A stretch of DNA of 64,000 bases from Glycera tridactyla (lineage: Eukaryota). The position numbers and the translations under genes were made by a program. The notes beneath the pieces are model-generated. The model ran no database searches. It was not told the DNA's origin and saw only the letters and a program-made list of their open reading frames with translations. The stretch is from positions 75,206,001 to 75,270,000 of the forward strand of contig OZ286469.1 in the NCBI GenBank assembly GCA_965644265.1, read 5' to 3'. Position 1 is the first letter of the stretch. Every line of letters begins with the position of its first letter. This document shows, piece by piece, positions 1-13,200 of the stretch.

Positions 1-2374
1 CACAAGACTAAGCAAGCTTAGGACGGGTCCGTGCTTAGGATATACAGCGCTCAGGACAGAAATCAAGCTTATCAGAGTGGACCTTCTCCGAAAAAGTCTA
101 AATTCAGGCGGGCACATGAATCACAAGCAGGCACTACGTGTAAACAAAACAAGCCTCGGTTTGTTGTCTCCCCTACGTGTCTATTACAAGTACGAGCACC
201 AAAAACATTCCACCGGATCTTCAAATGACAAATACGACAGTTGTGGTCATGGAAATTGAAATACCATCAAGCTAGCATTTGATCGTTTACAAACAAGCTT
301 TTGCAAGCCGAAATAGATTCAGAAAACTGAAATTGAAGCATATTTGATCAGTCGATTAATCGATTAATCGATCGGTTAACCGTCAAAGAATTCCAGATTT
401 TCACACCATAAGAATGACGTTTGAGTATTACCTTCTCTAAACAAGCCGTTTCAATGAAAATACGGTTCTCAATAAAGAAATTCACTCGGAAAAGGAAAGA
501 TTGACTGGATCTCTATTCATATGATCAGGGAAGCTGAAGAAAACAGATCAGCTGTGTGTGCTATTTACGAAACCAGCAGCAAAGTTCACCTAAGTGGTGA
601 CCTGGTTAGTACACATGACAGCGAGCTGCCATTGTCATACCGAGATAGACATGTTCATTTCAACTCAGCCCACATGGACTGGTAGAGTTGCCGGGTCTAT
701 AAACACACAGATTCAGAGAGAAAAGACACAGTCGTCTCTGCTGTTATTCCAACTGAAAATGATCTTACAGAAATATACCTTTCACATACTTATTCCTATA
801 GGGAAATCCCGTGAATATAATTGAATTTTGAATGATTCAATCATCTAATTCACACAGAAATCCGATATTTTACTTTAATGATCAAAATCTGATTTGTAGG
901 AGCTATATCGAGACGTGTTAGCTGTTCATACACACAGCTTCTCTCACCCGGAGGATTCAGTGAGTCCAAGCTTTAAATACAATTTTACAAATTCCTGCAT
1001 AGCCCTGTTCCACCCATACTGGCGTACTGCACCGGGAACAATTCTGGAGGAACACGGCCTAGTTCCACGCAGTTCCACTTGTTCCAAATTCACCGGAACA
1101 GCACAGGGAATTAACAGAAACAGCTAGAACTACCGATATTTACGAGAATTATCAGCTAGTCGTTTTGGATCAGGACGGCATTAATGGAACAAAATCCTAT
1201 CATCCAAAATGATCCAAAAACATCCAAAACATGCAAATTCTAGATTTTGACCAGGTATGCTCGAAAGACGGTGCATTCAATACAAAACACGGAAGATCCG
1301 ATGACATGAAATGGCATGATACTAAAAATGGCCATTGGGGCAAATATGGACAATGACTCCTAATAAAGCCTCCTAAAAGGATCCTAAAACAGTTCTAAAT
1401 CTCATAAAAACTCACTAGATGTTGTAGAGCTCACTGTGGTGTATCAGAGTCCATTACTTATTCCAAGGCAGCGTTCCTGGAGAAGCTAAATGGTCACAGC
1501 TTCCGACTCCTTCAGCTCTGGTGCGTACTCTTCAGGACAGAATTTCCAAGTGCCAGAATTCCTGTCTGGAACACTTTTATGTAACCGTCCTGAAGAGCCA
1601 GCAAAGAGCGGGAAAAAAGAGCGGGAAGAGCGATGTCAAGCTCCCCAAGTCAGCTACCTCGAATGTATTCGCTCGAGACTTTCACAGATCGATTACAGAA
1701 GATTTTCTGAGAAAACATGTACATTCCATGTACATTACATATCACTTTCCTCCTGCGCAACTCCGAGCTCCTCCTGCTCAGGGAGTCGTTCACTATACTA
1801 TGTGATCAACGCTGTTGGCAAACAACCGTCCGATAAACGGCCTATACCTCGGACTAACAATTTTGCCTCGAAAGATACATTTCCCATCTTCGAAATATCT
1901 TTAGCCCTACTTCAGATACGTATCGTGTGAAAATATGGCCTTCCTACGTCCATTATTCACGGAGATATCGCAGTTTCACTGTTTCACCCTAGAAACACTG
2001 CAAGCTGGGCACCCACCGAGAACGGCGAGTCTACCGCGTGTAACTCGAACTCTAGTTGCCACACCAACAACCAGATAGGTGAAACAACAAATATTAGAAA
2101 ACTAACAGGATCACAACTGTTTTCCAACTAATAGAAGTGAAAATATCTCATGCTTCTGGAGTAGAAAGGAATTTATACCCATCTAGTAGCGTAAAACTAG
2201 TGCCGCAGGCCTCAAAAGAGGAATTCCGCGAATTCCGCTACCAGAAATCCCTATATTGTTCATGTTATTCTAACAAACGTCACGTCGTCAAAAACGTGGC
2301 GTTACAATAGCATGCCTTGTATTCCAGGTTTCTAGGTCAGTGAGTGTTGATATTCCACAAAGATGTTATTTCTA

Positions 2375-3070
2375 GAGAAGTCAAACCTGCGTACAAAGAC
2401 CATCTCTGATAACATCAAAAGGTGGTCTTAGAGAGGCGGTCATTAAGGATAGGCTGTTCACTGTATTACATTATTGACACTATTGAGGTCACAGCTCTTG
2501 TTGGTCCCTGTAGGCTGGTGGCCTCTGAAGGAAGGTGGTCTCAAGCAGGTTTGTCTGCATATAGTGGTTCACATAGTGTAGACATGATCACTGCATCAAA
2601 AGTTGCATCATTGAATGTCTAGTTAAATATTGGAATAAGCTAGTCCAGATTCATATGAAGTTCAGTCGAACCCGCTCAAAAGACCACTTTTGTAGTGAGA
2701 CCACCTCAGTCCAACCTCATATTCTGTACAGTGAACAACCTCTCTACAAATGCCACCTGCCTACAGGGACCGGTGTTTTCTGTAGAAAATACTATTGTGA
2801 TCACAGTTCTTGTTGTTTTTGTATGTCAGTGGTCTCCATATAGAGGTGGTCACAAGCAGGATCAGCTGTATATAATGGTTCGAATAGTATGAACATGGTC
2901 ACTGCATTGAATTTTAAGTCATTGGATTGCTACTTAGGTATTCGAATAGGCTGGTTCAGAACTCCTTGCAGTCCAGTCAAAACTACTACAGAGACCGCTT
3001 CTATACAAAAACCACTTTATGGAGACTATCTGGTGGCTTTATCAATATTTATACAGTGAACAACCCTGAT
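2375..3070. mobile_element. Cluster of degenerate Tc1/mariner(pogo)-type MITE copies in tandem and inverted arrangement
   Basis: Repeated (C)AGTCAAACCTG / TACAGTGAAC termini and GACCAC/GTGGTC internal motifs; the spacer block ATAGT..ACATG.TCACTGCAT is repeated about 290 bp apart. Confidence 0.55.
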
Positions 3071-3399
3071 TACCACAAGTATTGCTAGGTGATGACAAAA
3101 ATTATGACCTAAATCAAAGTTGGAAAAAAGGAAATGAAGAGATGAGCACAATAGATAACAAGGAGTTTTTTGACACAAGATGTGACGAATTTCATCAGTT
3201 GTCTTTGATTGAGGTAGATTGAGGTAGATAAAATTAATTAATTATATCATATACAAGAGATATTTGCGTCTCCTACCCCAGTCACAGATGCAGCTTTCGC
3301 ATAAATGAATAAATTGACCGGGAGAAGGTGACGCAGCAATTACATGTTAACATCGTGAAAATGGAAATGATTATACTGTATTGATGAGTTTTGTAGACA

Positions 3400-3480
3400 T
3401 GTATGTTTTCATCTGTGAAGCGTTTCGGACATTCGATATCGGCGCCATACAAATCACTATTATCACTATTATTATGATAT
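3400..3480 (+). mobile_element. L2-type SINE/LINE 3' tail fragment
   Basis: TGTGAAGCGTTTCGGAC...GGCGCCATACAAAT followed by (CACTATT)n/(TAT)n. Confidence 0.45.
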
Positions 3481-3717
3481 TCATTATTTCATTATCGACT
3501 TGATCAATGGAGAGGGGTACAACTCATTATGAGTTCAAACCAGTACATATTCACTGCCGACAAACGTGATGAACACGACTCCATGTGAATGTGTACACTG
3601 GCTGAGTATTCACCCGACAGCTAATGTTTCCAGCAGGGTTATATATTTAGATGTGGCATAGATAGGTTAATTCAGGTTCACGGGAGGCATGTAGAGGTGT
3701 GTCTGAACTCTCTGCTA

Positions 3718-3893
3718 CACTCAAACCTGTCTTCAGCAACCACCATCGGGAAACCTTAAAGTGGTTGCTGAATACAGGTGGTTGTTTAATACAGGTGAAT
3801 CATAGTGAATAATACTCCAGCGCGAAATTAGAAAGTGGCTGCTTAAGACAATTGGTTGCTGAATACAGTGGTAGCTTAATACAGATTCCAATG
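3718..3893. mobile_element. 176-bp Tc1/mariner-type MITE with TA target duplication, inserted in a family-B repeat
   Basis: Flanks read GC-TA|...|TA-CTTCCAC, while uninterrupted family-B copies read GCTACTTCCAC. A second related copy lies at about 4068-4233. Confidence 0.75.
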
Positions 3894-4422
3894 TACTTCC
3901 ACTTGATGACCTCCTGGTTCCCCCATCTTCATGTGTTCAGGGTTCATGAGAGTAAAGCACGCTGGGTGCAGATCATCCTGTTTTTATAGATCAGAGACAC
4001 AAGGTATACATACACTTATGGGTTGATAGATGCCGTTAAACCCCAATTGACAGATGCTGTAGAACTTGTACTCAGCAATCAACCCCGGGAAGCCAAAAAG
4101 CGGTTGCTAAATACAGGCAGCCGTTTAATATAGGTAGATTAGAGTGGAATATACTCCAGAGGGAATTCAGAAAGTGGCTGCGTAAGGCAGGTGATTGCTG
4201 AATACAGTGATGGCCTAATACAGATTCCACTGTAAGCATAATATCAACCAAACCGACCATGATTCGTACTGTATCTGAAAGAGTCAATAATGATCTGAGG
4301 AACCTATGCTGACAAATCGTCGTCGGTGAAGCCTTTTTTCCAAGATGATAGCGATCATGAATTCTTAATGCAGGAGGTGAATAGCAGCATGAGTTTATAG
4401 CTCACTATTCTGGAATCCTCAC

Positions 4423-5895
4423 CTTTCAACTGCTCTTCTTGACTGACATCAGCATGAAAGGGAGAAACCGAAGTTGAGCTGTAAGTTGATGCCAGTTCTT
4501 TTGCAGTACTCTCAACCACGTCATTCAAAATATCGACCAGTGCCACTGCCTGAAACAAGGTATGACTTAAGCAAAAGCTCTTGTAATAATCATGAGTACT
4601 ATCATGTACTGATGTGGCCATGTTTCCGGAGTTACCAAATGGCGTCGCTAATTTAGGTGATATTAGGCCGAACCCAGTGCAGGTCGACTGGGATATCAAA
4701 GGCTGGGCGTTTATATAGCAGTCTGTTCCTGTAGGCACGTAAAAGAACCACTGCTGTTTCTCACAAATAGTAGGAAGGCCCCCAGCAGCGGTGCCTCTTT
4801 TTGTCAGGATTTGCATTTTTTCAGTCCGATATGATTCAAGGTGGTTGTTGGATGTTAGACCCAAACATGCAAACAACAAACCACGAATATGTAACTCTCA
4901 AAATAAGCACCCATACATGATATATCTGTTGTATGAAAACAGGGAAAGTAGAGATTGTCTAGGATTTTGATCATATGCCACTTGATGGTCCGGTCATAAG
5001 ATCTCACGAAACCTCAATTGTATAGGTATGTGCCAACTATTTTGAACAACCAGTCACACTGTTCGGAAGAGCCTTGGTGTCCAATCATTGGCACAAAAAT
5101 GATATGATTAGTGGGTTGCCCATTTACTCAAGTTCCGTGTATTGTTTAACAACATCATATTGGATACAAATTTCACGAAAATCATTCCTGGTAATCAAGA
5201 CTTAATGACAGATCGCAGATAGTAGGAATTTGCAAGTTAGTTGGTTGCCTGATTGCTTCACGTCCTGGGAGCATCATTTAGGCTATACTGAGATGCCCAT
5301 ACAATGGGCATGGGTGGGATCATTAAAGACTCCTCCTTCTGGTCACTCAACAGGTGAAACTTGATGAGATTCATGGACAAGGTGTGAGTTCTGTGATCAG
5401 GGTATTGACCACCACATAGTCTCCACCAGGTCAGATAATTTGCACAGTAAGCATGGGCTCACTTCACTGGGCTTCCATATGGCCGTAAAGATCCTTATGA
5501 CTGATACAATAGAGTTGCCTGAATGACCAAAAGTATTGCTGAGCATCAAAAAGTCTCATTTGATAATTCCGTCTCATCAGAGATTAGTCCACTGTTGTGA
5601 TCGGTAGCCATGCAGTACACCAGTAATATTCCCTACAGTCCATGTAATATCCGGAGAATATACTTGAGAATTGGCCCATCCCATCAGCCATATAGTTAGA
5701 ATGATATAATCAAGCCTGGGTTAAAGAGATGTTAAGCAGTATACGATTAATCAATCCTACCAAAATCAGTCCCCACATCGAGTGGTAGATATTCCTTACC
5801 CGCGCTGCAGGCTGTAGGATCCCCTCAACATATGCTTTCCCCAGTCCACGAGCAGCACCTGTTATCAACACAACTTCATCTTCCTGGCCAACTTT
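4423..5895 (-). pseudogene. Inverted partial duplicate of the HPGD-like gene (exon 1 at 5800-5895, exon 2 at 4423-4549), frameshifted
   Basis: Exon 2 is 127 nt with intact splice sites. The exon 1 ATG-to-donor distance is 80 nt instead of 93 (13-nt deletion), giving ATG AAG TTG TGT TGA. Similarity ends near 4337 and exons 3-7 were not found in 1-4337. Confidence 0.8.
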
Positions 5896-6399
5896 CTGCA
5901 ACAAAGAGAATTCCACATTGGTGAGACGCGTCCCATGCCTATTACCATGTGACCACATATGTATCCCACATGACTGAGGTATCCCCTTCCTAACATAGCA
6001 AATAAAACCGTGGCAGGACTATCACTGACATGAGGAAATGATTGATCAGCTTCCAGAGGGAACGGATCTGTTCAAAGTATGTGCCTGGAAAATTTGAGAT
6101 CCTCCTCAAATTCACCTATCCCCAAACTACTTTTGGGCACATCCGGCTATGTTTTTTTATCATAAAACCATCAGCATCACATGGAAAGTGCATTTAGAGG
6201 AAGAATCAGCAAGATGTCCTATAATCATCCACTGCAGTGGCTCCTTGTACTGAATCACTGCACTGTTTCTGGAGATTCGGGCTGCTGCTATTGCTGCTGC
6301 TGCTGCTGCATGACCTTCACTACACCACACCTCACCGCAAGTATAATGGTCTTGTTGGCTTCATATCGGTTATCTTACTACCACCATCTTTTGTATATA

Positions 6400-7110
6400 T
6401 GTTTTTGTACTTCTAAGTGTGGGATACCTCTTATTGGACATACCTGGCTGAAACCTGATAGAGATTCCAAAACTCAATCTCTGATGCTATTTTGCTTGGT
6501 GATCTCAACCCAGGAATGCTTCACATCACCCAAAATTTCGAGTGTATCTCTCTCCCACCAGAAGCCAATCCACCTCCTACTCCTACAACTTGTCTATCAG
6601 CAACAGCTTCAATCCTCTGCTATCCATACCGAGTCACTTTAATAATGTCTCCCACCCAAGCTCTGCATCACTACCATCACCACGGATGCCAGATAGACGC
6701 AGCAGCCGTCAGGCAACCAACCACCATCCGGAGAGATTTCAGTAACATCTCGAATATATGTATTAAATCGAGTCAGAGCACACGTGCCAATGAGTTACCA
6801 ACCATGAGGCCGAATAACCTGCGGATAGCAACCATTGATGTCAACAGCATATCCACAAGAAAACTGATTTAACTGATTATCCCCACTCAAAGGGAGATAG
6901 ATACTGTTATCTCAAGCACCGAATTCCTTCCTGAAGAGTATATTGGTGATATAAGGATGGACAGAAATCCTGACGGTGGGGAAGTGATGATTTCAGCAAG
7001 AACAGGCTTAGATATAACAGTGAGGGCTCGCAGTGTGTGAGAAAAGCAGTCAAACCAGGCTGCCGCCATGAGTCTGTGTGTGACCGACTCATTAAGATCA
7101 TCAGTGAACA
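6400..7110 (+). mobile_element. Degenerate LINE 5' fragment with apurinic endonuclease N-terminus
   Basis: Stop- and frameshift-broken peptides NLRIATIDVNSISTRK and SSTEFLPEEY..RMDRNPDGGEVMIS resemble the start of an APE domain; preceded by an S/P-rich linker (SNSFNPL). Confidence 0.55.
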
Positions 7111-7240
7111 TCATCTAGAGCACACAGTTTCTCATTAGATGTCACTACACCTTAGTGCTCCATTCGTTCACCATCAGATGGCCCCAAACTCTGGAGCCGT
7201 CACTACTTGGGTAGCTTCTGACTGGATGACTGAGGCTATT

Positions 7241-7860
7241 CATGCTGACCCAATTAACCAGCAGCCATGATCTGAATGATGGATGCAGATGTTCTAGCAT
7301 CAAGCGTTGCTTTTTTAACGACCCCGGGTCGGTTCAGTGGTTATGTAGCCCAACTATAAAAATTCACCTCTACAGTCTATTCTTCAAGGAGAGACCTCGC
7401 TGGGTATATGATTTCAAAAGTCGGTAGGTATACCATTTCTCATGATAGTATGACATGATGCTCAATGCATAGTATTGGAAACAGTGGTTCACTAGAGTAT
7501 GCTTGGATTTTCATAAGTTGTTGGGAGGCCCACAAGTGCAAAAATCATGCTGACCCAGTGAACAAGCAGCCATGGCCTAAATGACGGATGCAGATGTTCT
7601 AGCATACGGCGTTGCTGGTTTACCCAACCCCTGGTCGGTTCAGTTGTTATGTAGCCCAACTATAAAAAAGCGCTTCTTCAGTCTATTCATTAAGGTTAGA
7701 CCTCACTGGGTTTTTGATTTCACAATTCGGTAGGTACACCATTTCTCATGATGTTTTTACATGATGCTCAATTCATTTATATTTGGAGCATTACTGAATA
7801 GTGGTTCATTTGAGTATGTGTGATTTTCATGAATTGTTGGAGGACAAGAAGTGCAAGAAT
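7241..7860. repeat. Diverged direct tandem duplication, period about 305 bp
   Basis: Units start CATGCTGACCCA at 7241 and 7546 and share GGATGCAGATGTTCTAGCAT, TTATGTAGCCCAACTATAAAAA and CCATTTCTCATGAT. Confidence 0.85.
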
Positions 7861-9059
7861 CAACCAACTAAACCAAACTAGCCAGCACCCTTCAGACTGG
7901 CTAAAGTATGAAAGCTGAGCTGTCACGTATCCTGGAAGATTATATTACATACCCATCGACGTCTTGACTCGTTGACCAGTGTTATCATTTGGACATACTA
8001 CACTTTGATTGGTAATAATTTGTGCCCCATTTTAATTTAGTGGACACAGTTGAAAGATCGATATAGCCGGTGGCCCTAAATGCGAGACGCACTTTCAAGG
8101 AAGTATATAAGATGTCTTGCTTAACCAACAAATCACCAGTCGGAATGACAACGGCGCCTCACCATAACCCCGTGACTCTAACCATAGCGGTTGCAAGCCT
8201 ACATTCAAGCCCATTAGCAATGCTTTCGGGTCATATGTAGTGTAGTAATGGAAGAAACGAAAAGCATCAGGGTCGGCGAATAATATGGGGAGCGGGGGGG
8301 GGGGCTGGTACATTGGGTATCCATGATCTTTATAATTTTTGGACCCAGGAGTAGTTTCGAATGATCCCATCTATGCCCATTATGTTGGCGTCTCAATATT
8401 TCACCTATGGTGCTGACGTGACGTCAAATCTACTATGTTGTTATTTGTTATGATGATCATCATCATAGCACTCTATCTATACCTAAGTTTAATACATCCT
8501 TTGTTTGTATATATGGACTTCATTTATACCGCATGCCCGAAAAGCTCGGCTGACAAACTTATGGTCAGACTGACTTCAGAATGCCCTTGACACTGATACC
8601 CACAATTCTCACCCAATCAAAAGTATGAAAAACGTTTTCAGAGAGAATTGTACTCCTTCCAGTGAAACTTTCTTATGAGAGACTGCATGTGTCGTGATAT
8701 AGGACCTAACCCAACACCAGTGTCCAACTTCCGCCATAGAACATAAAGTCAACCTGAGGCAGTACTGCTAGTATCTTCATGCTGTGTATATTTGTGATTT
8801 GTAAAGTGTACAAATTATCTCTACATACTGCCATCTATTGCCACCGTAAATATGAATTTGCCGTAGCTATCTATGTAATTGACCGCATGTTCGGTGCAAA
8901 TAGACATTGTATATTGTATTGACCTATATCGTTTGACCGTGCACACTATACCAAATACTCATGTAAATCGGGAATGTGTGTATTTATAAATAGTATATAT
9001 GTTTGTGTTCGCACCTAATACGTCCTTCCAGGACCAGTATGACTATGTGCACATATCTA

Positions 9060-9245
9060 ACACAATAGAAACAAAATTCATAGTAATAGTTCCTGTGGCA
9101 CACCACAGAGACCGATTTTTTGGGCCACACCTCTTTGTTTTACTCATAAATGACCTGCCAAACTCAATCACTAGATGTAGCACAAAAACTGTACGCAGAC
9201 GATACTGCAATATATTATTCTGGTACCGACCAAGGTGATATTTTA
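9060..9245 (+). mobile_element. L2/CR1-type reverse transcriptase fragment
   Basis: CGTPQ..(L)GPHLFVLLINDLP, then after a frameshift LYADDTAIYYSG. Confidence 0.7.
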
Positions 9246-10150
9246 ACGAAATCGCATAAAGGGGTGAATGAAACACCACCCGAGCTCACATTGAAGGCTG
9301 CATTATACATGCGTATCTGATGCTCATGAAGGTCATATGAAGGACATCAGCTGACCTTCACATCACGTCATGTCATACTGTCATCTTGCCATTCCATCAA
9401 ACTATAGTCAGTCCTATATGAGTGATGCAATCCTCTATTCGATATTACCGACGTCCCATGCATCCCCACGCACTCAACTTGTGATCCTGCTCATGCTTTT
9501 ATCATTTGTTCATTGTCAACTGTGGCAATCCACGCATGATGACGGTGGTAGTTGTGGTTGTTTATTTTGTTATTGTTGTTGTTGGTGGTGGTGGTGATGA
9601 GAGGTGGCGGTTGTGGTGGTGGCAACGAAGCCTCATTTTCAGTCCGATATAGTCCAAGGTGTTTTAAAGGACGTTGAACACGAACAGACAAAGCATGGGA
9701 GGTTCTCGGTAGTTGCCAGTCTGGTGTCATTGTAGAACAGCCAACAAGACCCTTATACTTGCAGTGAGGTGTGGTGTAGTGAAGATTATGCAGCGGCAGC
9801 CCAAATCTCCAGAAGCAGTGCAGTTGGTTGCAGCCAAGTGATCCAATACAAGGAGCCACTGCAGTGAATGATTATAGGACAACTTGCTGATTCTTCCTCT
9901 GAATGCACTTTCCACGTGATGCTGATGGTGTTATAATCCAAAAACATAGCCGAATGTGTCCAAAAGCAGTTTGGGGATAGGTGAATTTGGTGAGGATTTT
10001 GAATTTTTTGGGCACAGATTTCGAGCATATCCGTCCCTGTTAGGAAGGGGATAGTACAGTCATGTGGGATAAATGTGGAGACAGGGATTGGATATTGGGA
10101 ATGTCTCACCAAGGTAGAATCCTCTTGTTTGCAGACAGGTGACCAAGAAG

Positions 10151-10243
10151 ATGAAGCTGGAAGGAAATGTTGCGTTGATAACAGGCGCTGCTCGTGGACT
10201 GGGCAAAGCATTTGCTGAGGGGATCCTACAGCATGCTGCGCGG
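10151..10243 (+). CDS. HPGD: HPGD-like exon 1 (MKLEGNVALITGAARGLGKAFAEGILQHAAR)
   Basis: Rossmann TGxxxGxG motif; donor CGG|GTAAGG; an acceptor-like TTGTTTGCAG at 10125-10134 suggests an upstream untranslated exon. Confidence 0.9.
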
Positions 10244-13200
10244 GTAAGGGATAGCGACTGTGGAAACTATTCTGGTAGGATTGGTTGATTGTTTACTGTT
10301 CAACATCTCTTTAACCCGGGATGGATTATATCACCTTAAGTATATGGCTGACGGAATGGGCCAATTCTCAAGAATATTCTTCAGATATTATATGGATTGT
10401 AGGGAATATTAGTGCATGGCTACTGATTTCAATTTTTGATCTCAACAGTGGACTAATCTCTGATGAGACCGAAATATCGAATGAGACTTTTTAATACTTA
10501 GCAACACTGCTTATTCAGGCAACATTATCGTATTAGTCATCATGATCGTTATGGAAATGTGGAAGCCCAGTGAAGTGATCCCATGCTTACTGTGCAAACT
10601 ATCTGACCTGGTGGAGACTATGTGATTGATCCCCATTTTCACAGGGTAACTGCGTGGCGTTCAATATCCTGATCACAGAACTCACACCTTGTCTGTGAAT
10701 CCCATCAAGTTCCACCTTTTAAATTAACGTCATCTAGGGACCTCCGTTGACATTGTTATATCAGTACATGATAATACTCATGATAAGGGTTTTTGCTTAA
10801 GCCATACCTTGTTTCAGGCAGTGGTATTGGTCGATATTTTGGATGATGTGGGTGAGAGTACTGCAAGAGAACTGGAGTCAACTTACAGCTCATCTTCAGT
10901 TTCTTACTTTCATGCTGATGTCAGTCAAGAAGACCAGATGAAAGGTGAGGATTCAATCAAAGTGAGCTATATACTCATGCTGCTATTCACCTCCTGCATT
11001 AAGAATTCATGATCGCTACCATCTTGGAAAAGTGGCTTCATAAGTAATGGAGAGATAAAATGAGGATCATGATCACTCGAGAAGTAATCTCAACAACCCG
11101 GACATGCTAACTAGACAATTAATGCTCAACCACACTGTGCGTGTTTTGTTCGCCTAATCTCTTACTGTAATGTTTATCATGACCTGTAAGTTGGTTGTTG
11201 TTCATCTTGTTATCACTATCGGGGCTACATTGAGACGGCAATACAATACGTTTGGATGAGATCATTCAGGACTTCTGCTTCTGGATGTTCAATCGTACTG
11301 AACAAAGTTCGTGACAACGTTGACTGTGATTGTTTCATATTCCATCTATATTGAAACACCCATGTAATGGGTGGAAGTATTCAAGAGTCACACTTGCGGA
11401 TCCTGAAAGGAAGGTGAAATGGTATGAAATTCACAGACACTGTCACGTGCAATTCTATAGAGGATTTCTTAGTCGTGTGACTGGTATTTTCAGAAGTGTA
11501 TGAGAAGGTGATTGCTCGGTACAGTACCATCGACGTAGTGATCAACAACGCTGGTGTTGGGATTGCTCCAGACAAACATGTCATTGACGTCAATATTGTA
11601 CGTATCCTCTGCTCAATTCTGGCTCGTTATTATCGAGAATGAAGATTAATGTCTAAAGATCAAAACTCGCATACTTTCATTTCATAGTCATGGAAGTTCT
11701 GATATACATAGGCCAAGAGACTTTTGAAGGATGTCACTAGCCACATATTGGCAAATTGAACATCTCGGTAATGTCAAGCGTATCCTGACTTCATATGGAA
11801 AGGTCCAAACATTACTATTCATCTGCACAATGCTTGGGCATTCCAGTGTCGTGCTAGGAAACCCACAGACGGATAATGGGAGTATTCCACAAACATATCT
11901 CACAGATATTCTCTCATTTCATTTTGAGTAGAACAGACATTCATTTGGGTGTCGCTGATAAGTAATGGTGATTCATGGAAGAGGATGATGATTGTCTGAA
12001 AAGGGTAATGATTGGTTGGTTGTTCGATTCCCGACTGGTAAGCATCACCCAGCTGTTGTACTGATGTTAAAACCTATAAATGTTTCTTATTCACATTTCC
12101 TCACATATATATTTATTTCTAGGGTGGGACTATTAATGGAACGGAACTAGCCATCCAGCATATGACAAAAGAGAATGGGGGCAAAGGTGGCACCATCATC
12201 AATATATCCAGTATACTAGGTAAGTAATACATATGGAAGTCGACCATAGTCTATCCAACAAAACACGACTACGCAAGGCATCCCGCATGTTTATAAACTG
12301 GGATGATGCTAAAGACGCATCATTACCTAGTTTCAGACAATGCCTTCCCTCTACGGAGGTGATGGATAAAAATGCAGCCCTACTGAGCAGAGAACACATA
12401 CTGCTCCAATTACTCGTGATGAAAAAGATGGTTTCACATTAGGGTAAAACATGTGAATGTGTTTGTATACAATATCGGTTGAATTGCAGGTGATTCCGTT
12501 TTCTGACTGAAGTTTAATAGCTACACAGCTACACTTTGATGTATATTGAGAACACCCTCCCGATGTCATGACTCGTTGAATAGATGTTAGACCAGAGACA
12601 GGCTACCTCTCAATAAGTGCAAATCTGTCCATAAGACAACATTGCAACTAAATCATTGCATGAGAAATTGTTTACCTCTCAGCGCACGTATGTTTAATAC
12701 ATGAGTATGATAATCCTTACATTTTTGTAGAGTAGATGGTGTAGCAACATGAACATGACTTCATGATAGGATCACTTGAGAGGTTGAACTACTACACATT
12801 TGATGCATAGTGAAGTCAAAAGTCATATCTCATGTGTTTGATGATATCTATGTGGAGATATTACAAGCATCCTCAGTCTGACAATTGTACCCAATGCAAA
12901 TAAATGATTACAAACAGACGAACTCCACCTTGTGTCATTGGCAGGTATCAGGCTATGTCGAGAGCAGCAAGGGAAGTGGAGTATTCTTATCCTGAAAACT
13001 ATCTCATGTCTGGGTCTGTTTTATTTAGCTTTTCGGGCCAATTTTGCTGGACCAGTTTATCATGCGACCAAGGGGGCCATACTGAGCTACACGCGATCAC
13101 GGGCGGTAAGGCTTGATCCTGGGCAGGACTCTGTCTTTCATCATTCTATCAACATCGGTTCACGTTAATAATGACGACGACAACCATGACGACGACATGG

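Noticed and set aside
1490-1930. 146-aa ORF
   Set aside because: No recognisable motif or splice context; the region looks like non-coding transposon interior.
4355-4879. 174-aa ORF, and the similar ORF at 44542-44901
   Set aside because: Antisense frames of family-C repeats, here running into the pseudogene exon 2.
10460-10474. CTGATGAGACCGAAA as a hammerhead core
   Set aside because: No stem II can form, and the duplicated copy near 5570 does not retain GAAA.
12022-12031. GTTCGATTCC B-box as a tRNA gene
   Set aside because: No A-box or cloverleaf around it.
12945-13028. Upstream in-frame acceptor that would add 28 codons to HPGD exon 5
   Set aside because: The acceptor at 13029 has the better pyrimidine tract and gives the conserved 77-nt exon; the insertion would fall between catalytic residues. 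Only RNA-seq could revive it.
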